A stretch of 16,656 nt of DNA from Okeania hirsuta (GTDB taxonomy: Bacteria; Cyanobacteriota; Cyanobacteriia; Cyanobacteriales; Microcoleaceae): NCBI RefSeq assembly GCF_003838225.1, contig NZ_RCBZ01000114.1, one strand, 5' to 3'. Shown here one piece after another: positions 1 to 7,330 of the stretch (position 1 is its first letter; each line of letters opens with the position of its first letter). The position numbers and the translations under genes were made by a program. The notes beneath the pieces are model-generated. The model did no database searches. It had not been told where the DNA came from and saw only the letters and a program-made list of their open reading frames with translations.

Positions 1-49
1 GCAAACCCTAATTAGTATTAGAAGGTAGAGAGTTGAAGCGTCATAAAAT

Positions 50-994
50 TCAGATATCTTGTCTATTTCTGGCATCTAAAAATTTTAATTGTTGATACAA
101 CATCCCAATTTTATCTAGCTGAATACCTGCTGCACCTGCCATTCGTAAAGGGTTGCCAATAATACTTTCTATTTCTAAAGGTTGTCGTCGCTCATAATCA
201 ATTTTCATGCTAGTTAAATAAGGGTTTAACTTGTAAGTATGGTCTAACATATTTTGAATATAACTATTTGGAATTTCGCACTTACAACTTTTTGCACCCT
301 CCAATACTTCTTGCATTATTTCTGTGATTAAGTTTCTAGTATTAGTATCTCCCATCATTTCATCAGTTCGAGCATCTAGAATTACTGACAAGCTGTTATA
401 AGGAATATTCCAAACTAATTTTTTCCATCTTTCTTGGAATAAATCTTCACTCAAATTAACTTGTATTCCAGCACTTTCAAAATCTTGGGAAATTTCACGC
501 ATTTTATTAGTAATACCAGCAGGTTGATAATTTGTGGTATATTTTCCGATTCTAATCAAACCATAATCTACATGGCGAATATGACCATAACCTATTTTAT
601 TAGAAGCAATATTAGATACTCCTCCAATTACTCTTTCCTCACCAACAATTTTGGCTATTTCAGGTTCTGCACCCAATCCATTTTGTAAGAGTAAGACAAC
701 GTTATTTTCTTGGCACAAAGGTGGGAGTAATTCTGGTAATAAATAGTTTTGCGTTGTTTTTAATGCTACGAGAATTACATCACATTTTGGCATTTTATTA
801 GTATTGTTATAGGCGTTAATTTGAGGGAGGGTAAAGTCGCCATTTTTGGATTCTATGATTAAGCCATTTTTGAGAACGTGCTGATAATCACTACGCAGTA
901 AAAAATGAACTTCTAATCCTGCTTTTTGTAGTTTTGCACCGTAAAAACCTCCTAGTGCGCCACTGCCAATAATCGCGTAAGTATTTTTTGACAT
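50..994 (-). CDS. panE: 2-dehydropantoate 2-reductase (ketopantoate reductase, ApbA/PanE family)
   Basis: 314 aa ORF with an ATG start at 994. The N-terminal Rossmann motif IIGSGALGGFYGAKL and the overall length and composition are typical of the KPR/ApbA family. Confidence 0.85.
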   Translation of the reverse strand: MSKNTYAIIGSGALGGFYGAKLQKAGLEVHFLLRSDYQHVLKNGLIIESKNGDFTLPQINAYNNTNKMPKCDVILVALKTTQNYLLPELLPPLCQENNVVLLLQNGLGAEPEIAKIVGEERVIGGVSNIASNKIGYGHIRHVDYGLIRIGKYTTNYQPAGITNKMREISQDFESAGIQVNLSEDLFQERWKKLVWNIPYNSLSVILDARTDEMMGDTNTRNLITEIMQEVLEGAKSCKCEIPNSYIQNMLDHTYKLNPYLTSMKIDYERRQPLEIESIIGNPLRMAGAAGIQLDKIGMLYQQLKFLDARNRQDI

Positions 995-1669
995 TTTATT
1001 GAACTTAAATTCGACTCTGTTTCTATTTTATTGTAAGCATTTCCTACGGAATGCTGCGCAAACAGCTATTAGCTGTCAGCTCTCAACAACAAGACTCTCT
1101 CATATAGGACAGTGTTTAAATTAATATAGACTTTAAGGGCAAGGGAGCTAACTTTTGCAGTAAGACAATTAATAAAGCTTTTATGGTAAACTAAAAGCAA
1201 TAGCTAATAGTTATGACTGACCGTTGAATGCTTCAATAAAAGTTTTATTTAAACTCTATTATTAAGGGCGAAGTCTTAATTTTTTTTACTTCATATACTT
1301 GCATTTTGCTGTATTAAACTCAACTCTATCATTATTTTATCTGTTCAAATTTTTCAACTTTAATTTTGCTACATGAATAGTCTTTCCATTATCCAGTTTA
1401 AAATTTTTCCTAAAGCAAATCCTCCTGCCAATGCTAAGAAAATATAATACAGTAGATTCCACTTTAATCAGATACACCCGTCGCTGGCAAGATGCCCGCA
1501 CTAGAAACATTTAATTGTTAATCTCTGTACTTCTTATGGGAGGAATCTGCTGTAATTTATATTTATAACTCCAGCTTAAGTTTCTAGAATGTTCTAAATA
1601 AAGAAAGATAGAAAAAAATAGCAGGCAAAAACAGTACTAAAACTAAAGTTATAGTGTTTATAAAAGTTA

Positions 1670-1756
1670 TAGCAGTCGAAGGAAAGGTTAGGAGAAATAA
1701 AAAACTTAAAACTCAGACAAAGGAATATTTTTCCTTCTTCCCTCTTCCTTCTGCTA
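1670..1756. mobile_element. MITE-like element, copy A (~85 bp). Imperfect terminal inverted repeats GCAGTCGAAGGAAAGG / CCTTCTTCC..CTGC, a CT-rich interior and TA on both flanks.
   Basis: The left end TA|GCAGTCGAAGG matches the reverse complement of the right end CCTTCTGC|TA. A second copy at 15743-15852 shares the blocks GCAGTCGAAGGAAAGG, CTTAAAACTCAGACAA and TTCTGCTATA. The two copies differ in an internal variable segment and in CT-tract length. Confidence 0.5.
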
Positions 1757-1781
1757 TATACCAATTCCTAAAAATAATGCT

Positions 1782-2222
1782 CTACTTATATTCATTGTTA
1801 ATTTTTGAATAACTAGGAAAACTCAATAACCATTTCCTCATTTCATCAGATAATTTTTGCCTACTTCTACTTTGAGGATGAATACAAACGTGCTTCGTAA
1901 TAGCTCTTGCCCCCCACTTATCCTCTGTTTCTTTTAAAAAGACTTGATAGGAAATTTCAAACTCATCGTCTCTCCAACTTTTAGGAATTAATTCAATAGT
2001 TAACTCATCCCCACAAAACATCGGGCGACGAAAATCAACATTAGCATGAATAATTGGAATAGCTATTTCTTGATTACTAAAAAAAACTTTCAGATTAATA
2101 CCAAATTCTACTAAAGATGCTTCATAAGCTTCATGGCACATTGCTAAAACATTAGCAAAATAAACTACTCCAGCAGCATCGGTATCTTGAAAATGAACTA
2201 TTCTTGTATAGTAAAAAGACAT
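1782..2222 (-). CDS. 1,4-dihydroxy-2-naphthoyl-CoA thioesterase (hot-dog/4HBT fold; phylloquinone pathway)
   Basis: 146 aa. The N-terminus YTRIVHFQDTDAAGVVYFANVLAMCHEAYEASL and the VDFRRPMFCGDEL motif closely match the cyanobacterial Slr0204-type DHNA-CoA hydrolase as recalled from memory. Confidence 0.85.
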   Translation of the reverse strand: MSFYYTRIVHFQDTDAAGVVYFANVLAMCHEAYEASLVEFGINLKVFFSNQEIAIPIIHANVDFRRPMFCGDELTIELIPKSWRDDEFEISYQVFLKETEDKWGARAITKHVCIHPQSRSRQKLSDEMRKWLLSFPSYSKINNEYK

Positions 2223-2270
2223 TTATAGATATAGGTTTAATAATAATACCATTTCTTCCTTCTTCCTTTT

Positions 2271-2323
2271 CTGAACAATGAACAATCACTACAATAAAAT
2301 TGAGTATTGTTCATTGAACATTC
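2271..2323. promoter_or_regulatory. Candidate operator in the thioesterase promoter region: direct TGAACA-A-TGAACA (2272-2284) plus a perfect 6-N-6 palindrome TGTTCA-T-TGAACA (2310-2322)
   Basis: Four hexamer half-sites fall within 52 bp, immediately upstream of the minus-strand start at 2222. Confidence 0.3.
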
Positions 2324-2347
2324 ATCAGGACTAATTTTGTAATTAAA

Positions 2348-2794
2348 TTAACCCTTATTTTTAATCATTATTACATCAATAATCTTAGTCGCTACTGCTT
2401 CGGAAATTTCCAAAGCATTATATAACTCATTCAAAAGTTGTTCCTCCTCTTCAGCAAGGTCTCCATCTACTAAAACCAAGTCTGTACTAACAGCAAAAAC
2501 TGTTTCCCTTAACTCCTTTGGAAGTTTAGCAACTGCAGCATCAAACAAAGGCTTAATTTCTTGATTTTTAATCATATCGAGAAGACGGTCTTGCATTTCT
2601 GTTTTACGTTCTTTTGGATAATCACTAAACAGTTGCATACGAGAGAAAATATTATTAATACCTTGAGATTCACTCTTAGTAATAACACCATCAGCAGCAA
2701 CAGCAATTAAAGCGATCGCTGCAAAAGCTTCTGCCGGTTCTAATTGAATATCAGTAGCTTGTATTGTTGTTGTTCCTTGATCGAAAAGACCCAT
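2348..2794 (-). CDS. TerB-like (tellurite-resistance TerB domain) protein
   Basis: 148 aa acidic helical protein. The stretch EAFAAIALIAVAADGVITKSESQGINNIF and the C-terminal DGDLAEEEEQLLNELYNAL resemble the TerB-fold. ATG start at 2794. Confidence 0.55.
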   Translation of the reverse strand: MGLFDQGTTTIQATDIQLEPAEAFAAIALIAVAADGVITKSESQGINNIFSRMQLFSDYPKERKTEMQDRLLDMIKNQEIKPLFDAAVAKLPKELRETVFAVSTDLVLVDGDLAEEEEQLLNELYNALEISEAVATKIIDVIMIKNKG

Positions 2795-2908
2795 TTTAGT
2801 ACCTCATTAATGATTTTTTTACCATCTCTATTTTGGAAAAATATTAGGTGTTATTAAATAAGTTTTAGATTGAATCTACAACCTAAAATTTACCACCTAC
2901 TACCTTCT

Positions 2909-4264
2909 TCAATACTTCTCAAAAACTGTTAAATTAGCTTTGAGAAAATCAATAAATTGTCGTGCCGTTCGCCCAGAGCGACCATTATATTTCGTAGCCC
3001 ATTGTAAAGCTTGATAGTCTAAATCTTCAGGATTTAGATTAATTTTTGCCTGTTTTGCCAGATGTCTAACAATTGTTAAATAAGTATCCTGGTTAGCAGG
3101 TTCAAAAGTTAAAGTTAAGCCAAAGCGATCGCTAAAAGAAAGCTTTTCTTGAACTGTATCCCAATTATGAACCTCATCACTATCTTTTGGGCGAGGGCGA
3201 TCGTTAAAAAATTCTCTAATTAAATGCCTTCTATTTGATGTAGCATAGACTACCACATTTGTTGGTCTAGCAGTTAAATTACCCTCTAAAACAACTTTAA
3301 GAGCTTTAAAAGTATCATCATCTTCTTCAAAGGAAAGGTCATCGACAAAGATAATAAATTTTTGTGGAATATCGCGTAATTTTTCTACAATTAATGGTAA
3401 ATCTTTTAGGTTTGATTTAGCCACTTCGACTAAACGAAGATTGCGTTGACTATACTCATTTAATAAGGCTTTTATTAAAGAGGATTTGCCAGAACCGCGA
3501 CTACCATAAAGTAATATATTAAGGGCTGAATATCCTGCTAGGAGAAATTCTGTATTTTTGATTAAGGCATCTTTTTGAAATTCATATCCGACCAATTCTT
3601 TTAATTCAACTGGGTCAGGGTAAGTAATAGTAAGTAGTTGACCGTTACGCCATTCAAAGGCAATTGATTCAGCAAATAAACCAGTGCCATTATGATGATA
3701 ATGAGTGGCTAAGGTCTCAATGGCATCTGCCCAATTTTCTAATTTTTTTAACTCGTCGTAGATAGCTTCTTTTTGTTGTGATTGTATTTCCCACGCAATA
3801 GGGGGATTCTCTAATTTAGCTATTGTTTTTACCCACTGACTAATTGTTTTACCACTGCACTGATAAAGATTTTGTAAAATTTGTAAATCATGTTTTGCAG
3901 CTGCAATTAAATTTGGAGATAGGCTGGTAATATTTATTTTTTGAACTTGTTGACTAAAGGGATTATCATCTTGAATAATCTGAGCAATTAGATATTCTTG
4001 CCAGGAAATATTTTGACTAGCAATATTTATAAACCAGTTACCATAAGCTTGAAGGCATTCTATAGCAACTCCATCATTTTTAGACAAAGATTCTAATAAT
4101 TGGATAAAAGCTTCACCCACTGTTTTTTTTAGAACAGACTGATATAACAATAGAGATGCTATTTGCTGTTGTAAGTTTTGAATTTTGGCTAACACTTGGG
4201 AACCTAAACAAGACATAATTAATGATATGATTGCCTTATTAAATAAAGGATCAGCACTTAGCAC
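2909..4264 (-). CDS. DUF815-family P-loop (AAA+-like) ATPase with an ~200 aa N-terminal extension
   Basis: 451 aa. Walker A is LLYGSRGSGKSSLIKAL, Walker B is IIFVDDLSF, and the C-terminal YNGRSGRTARQF motif is present. The tracked start at 4264 is GTG; an in-frame ATG (MSCLGSQ...) lies 48 nt downstream, so the true start is uncertain. Confidence 0.65.
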   Translation of the reverse strand: MLSADPLFNKAIISLIMSCLGSQVLAKIQNLQQQIASLLLYQSVLKKTVGEAFIQLLESLSKNDGVAIECLQAYGNWFINIASQNISWQEYLIAQIIQDDNPFSQQVQKINITSLSPNLIAAAKHDLQILQNLYQCSGKTISQWVKTIAKLENPPIAWEIQSQQKEAIYDELKKLENWADAIETLATHYHHNGTGLFAESIAFEWRNGQLLTITYPDPVELKELVGYEFQKDALIKNTEFLLAGYSALNILLYGSRGSGKSSLIKALLNEYSQRNLRLVEVAKSNLKDLPLIVEKLRDIPQKFIIFVDDLSFEEDDDTFKALKVVLEGNLTARPTNVVVYATSNRRHLIREFFNDRPRPKDSDEVHNWDTVQEKLSFSDRFGLTLTFEPANQDTYLTIVRHLAKQAKINLNPEDLDYQALQWATKYNGRSGRTARQFIDFLKANLTVFEKY

Positions 4265-4679
4265 TCAGCAATTAGTAGGAGCATTTTTTTTAGGTTTATA
4301 AGGGGATTTCAACTCCTACTAAACTATCTGAAACAATATTTGTTAGAGATTTTAACCCAAACTCAAAAAACTTTATAATAGCTGATAGCTTACCACTGGA
4401 TACTTACCTATTTCTTTGGCGTAATGTAAATCTATGTAATTCTATAATAAATTTTACTCTTTGTAGTTATAAACCACTATTTTTTTACATTTACTTAAGA
4501 TGCAATTTAAGATCGAGAAATATTTCAAAAAATGTTATTGAATAGTTGAAAATTTCATTTTTAATCATAGTTTAATAATTATTGAATCTTGATTAAGCAA
4601 TATTAAGTTTTGATAAATTGGCTAGCTATTGCCACAAATAAGCTGTATAAGTTAGTTTTAGTTTTAGGAGTTAATAATA

Positions 4680-5018
4680 ATGACTATAAATATCGCCATA
4701 ATAGCAGCGATCGCCTATGGTATATTAGCCATTGTTGGGGGCATTATTGGATATACGAAAGTAGGCAGCAAAATATCTTTAATATCTGGTAGTATCAGTG
4801 GTTTACTACTAATTGTTAGTGGAATTATTCAACTAATGGGCATGAATTGGGGTCTAATATTTTCTACCCTCATTACAACTATTCTAGTAATTACATTCAT
4901 TATTCGTTTAGCAAAAACTCGTAAAATGATGCCTGCGGGATTAATGATTTTAACTGGAGTTGCTGCTGTAGCAGTTATGGTTTATGAAATTACCATAAAC
5001 AATTCAGCCACAATTTAA
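4680..5018 (+). CDS. TMEM14/UPF0136-family small integral membrane protein
   Basis: 112 aa with four predicted TM helices. The GGIIGYTKVGSKISLISG and PAGLMILTG glycine-zipper motifs match the family. A good RBS (AGGAG) sits 9 nt upstream of the ATG. Confidence 0.7.
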   Translation: MTINIAIIAAIAYGILAIVGGIIGYTKVGSKISLISGSISGLLLIVSGIIQLMGMNWGLIFSTLITTILVITFIIRLAKTRKMMPAGLMILTGVAAVAVMVYEITINNSATI

Positions 5019-5280
5019 AAAGAAACGTAAGTATTTAGCCGTCAGCTTTCAGCTCCATTAGAACTAATGACTATAGCCTTTAAAGCAGAAGTTACCATTG
5101 ACAGATTTTATCTAATTAAAAATATGAATTAAAAGTTTCCCTAGTAACTTCTAAAGTCTTAAAAAATGCTTACTTCATTTATTAATCAAGATGAGAGCTG
5201 ACCACTAATCACTGTTTGTGGAGCATTCAGGCACGGAAATCCTTATACCAATTTCATAAACTTGAGCTACTTAGGTTTGG

Positions 5281-5310
5281 AGTAGTCAGTAGTCAGTAGT
5301 CAGTAGTCAG
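5281..5310. repeat. Heptanucleotide tandem repeat (AGTAGTC)x4, STRR-like
   Basis: Directly visible: agtagtcagtagtcagtagtcagtagtcag. Confidence 0.9.
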
Positions 5311-5462
5311 GAGGTAAGGTGAGTAGCCTTACTTTTTGAATTTGGTATTACAAAGAAACAAAGAATATGGAAGAGATAAAAAAGTAGAAACTTGCTCAAT
5401 AGACATATAGATATCTCCAGAAAAGAGATAACAGGTAACAGGAAGAAATAATAGAAATCATC

Positions 5463-5520
5463 AATTATTTCTCCCTACTCCCCTACTCCCCTACTCCCTG
5501 CTCCCTACTCCCTACTCCCT
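5463..5520. repeat. Hepta/octanucleotide tandem repeat (CCCTACT/CCCCTACT) x~7, STRR-like. The same unit recurs at 10901-10917 and 11062-11080.
   Basis: Directly visible: ctccctactcccctactcccctactccctgctccctactccctactccct. The reverse complement shares the AGTAG core with the 5281-5310 array, so the two arrays are imperfect inverted repeats. Confidence 0.9.
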
Positions 5521-5630
5521 AAATTGGGATTAATCAACCCATTAGCCGTACCAAAAAGATTAATTGGACTCTTACCATCAGTAATTAAAACACTCTGAAG
5601 ACCAAGCCCCTACAACAACCTCGCCTGCAT

Positions 5631-7267
5631 TTATGGGCCAGCTTGAGCGATCGCCCGAATTGTCTCAGCCCCCAAAGCCTCCACTTTTTGCTGAAACTCA
5701 GTAGCAGTAATTTCAGCCATTTGCCTTGCCTTCTCAATCTCTAAATTATTCAGTGTCTGCTGATGGGCTAACTCAGTCTCCTGACGCGCCCTCAACTGAG
5801 CCATCTCAGCCTCATGGCGAATCCGTGCTGCTTCTACTTCCTGCTGCGCCAAATTCACCGCCAACTGGCCTTGAAAAGGAGATAACATATAAGCTTGAGG
5901 TCCATTGACTAATTTTAGTTCCCCACTTTGAACATCCCGTACATATATACCTTCATTTTTGTCTAGGGGAATAGCCTGAAGTTTTTCTAATACTTCTAAT
6001 TCCACTGGGGGAATATAATCTCTTGGCCCAGTAATCATCCATAAATCTCCTGGTTGCCGAGTAATAACGTTTGCTCCTGTTCCCTCGGTGAAAGTTTCCT
6101 CAACTCTGATTAGGAGTGCTTCTTGTTCACCAAGAATATAGACCTTTTTAATTCCTGTTTCTAAATCTTCTCCTGGGTGCAAAAAGAAAGATGTTCTGCC
6201 CTGACGCACTTCTTTCATACCCCACTGCGGTTTACCATCTGCATCTATGGGATTAGTTACTATGCACCATTCGCGATCGCTTAAAGTAGTGATTTTGACT
6301 TCTCCCACTACTTCTTCATAAACGTCGGGAATATGAATTTCAGCATCTGCAAAAGTAACTAACTATTCATATCCCGCTTTGCGTTGCTGACCAAAAATAT
6401 CAGTAAAAGTCCGTTTTGCTTTTAGATGTAGTGCTTGACGTTCGGTTAATACATAGGCATCAATAGTATCGACAATTTCTTCATCTACTCCAGGCAAATA
6501 AGCACCTTCTTCCCTGACCAACCATTATTCCCCAGTTCTACGTCTGTTACCTTGACGATCTATACAATTTTGTCGTGCCAGCAGTCGTAAGGCTTGGTTA
6601 GGTTTAATTATTTTAGCTATAACTGTGACTACCACTTCAACTTCTACCCTGGGAGTGTAAGTTCCTGGCCCCTCAAATAACCATTCATCCCCTGTCGTAC
6701 GAGTGACAGTTTGAGACTCTCCTGCAACGATAACTGTATCAGTAAAATCTCGTATTGCTTTGAGACGTAGAGTTTGGTTTGTGTCAATTACTTGTAGTTG
6801 AGTTACATCTTCTTCGAGTATTTCTCCTGGATATAGTGGGAAAGGGTCTTGAGCAAAGCGAATTTCCAGATCGCCATATTTGAGTCTAATTTAACCATAC
6901 TCATCGGCCACAAGTTGATCTGAACTATAGCAATGTGCGCTGGCATATTTACACATTATTTTTTGTACACCTTTTCTAAAATGCACTTTGAACTGGGCCT
7001 TGTAAATACCTGAGCGCTCATTGCTATATTTCTTAGTACAGGGTTAGCTGCTACACAATAATGGCGAGGTGGAACTACAATTGTCAGTTGTGGTTGTCAG
7101 ACTAACCTTTCTGCATCTCCAAGGGTAATGGTTTGAGGGCCTATTTCTAGTCTGATAACACCAGTGTTATTGTCAAGAACATGAATATACTGTTGTGGCT
7201 TCAGGAGAATTATACCATTGTTCTCTATTGTAATTGGATATTCTGTGGTACTTTTTATTTTACTCAT
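5631..7267 (-). pseudogene. Major vault protein (MVP)-like gene, decayed: four in-frame stops, one frame-breaking insertion, an internal deletion and a C-terminal truncation
   Basis: My manual minus-strand translation from the ATG at 7267 gives MSKIKSTTEYPITIENNGIILLKPQQYIHVLDNNTGVIRLEIGPQTITLGDAERLV*QPQLTIVVPPRHYCVAANPV... After the insertion it continues ...[88 protein letters not shown]...RRTGE*WLVREEGAYLPGVDEEIVDTIDAYVLTERQALHLKAKRTFTDIFGQQRKAGYE*LVTFADAEIHIPDVYEEVV and runs in frame into the tracked ORF 5631-6308 (...AIPLDKNEGIYVRDVQSGELKLVNGPQAYML...). These stretches align colinearly with human MVP repeats 1-7 as recalled from memory ([27 protein letters not shown]; [17 protein letters not shown]; [21 protein letters not shown]; TGEEWLV; AIPLDENEGIYVQDV) and with the extreme cap-helix end (IGPSTIRDLAVAGPE vs LGAETIRAIAQAGP). 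The stops are TGA at 7099-7097, TAA at 6893-6891, TAA at 6527-6525 and TAG at 6365-6363. Confidence 0.8.
6928..7026. mobile_element. MITE-like ~95 bp insertion inside the MVP-like pseudogene, with terminal inverted repeats GCAATGTGCGCTGG / CTGAGCGCTCATTGC and TA flanks
   Basis: The MVP frame is frame 0 upstream and shifts by 2 downstream. The intervening ~95 bp (length ≡2 mod 3) has no MVP counterpart and is bounded by 15/17-matching inverted repeats. Its ends (TATAGCAATG) resemble those of the 1670/15743 element (TATAGCAGTCG). Confidence 0.55.
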
Positions 7268-7330
7268 AGTTTAATAGTTTTGTAACTAGAAATCTTAAGT
7301 TATTCATTATCCATTATTAATTATCTCTTA

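Noticed and set aside
461-688. 75 aa plus-strand ORF
   Set aside because: It lies entirely antisense within panE, has a hydrophobic/Ile-rich composition typical of AT-rich antisense frames, and has no RBS.
4279-4318. Inverted repeat AGTAGGAG…CTCCTACT with a 31-nt loop, just upstream of the DUF815 gene
   Set aside because: The stem is only 8 bp with a large AT-rich loop. It resembles the local STRR-type units and is more likely a repeat relic than a functional hairpin.
4610-4792. 60 aa plus-strand ORF overlapping the start of the TMEM14-like gene
   Set aside because: Out of frame with and overlapping a better-supported gene that has a strong RBS. No RBS of its own.
5726-5908. 60 aa plus-strand ORF
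   Set aside because: Antisense to the well-supported MVP-like coding frame. Its Ser/Pro-rich composition is an artefact of the complementary Ala/Glu/Leu-rich coiled coil.
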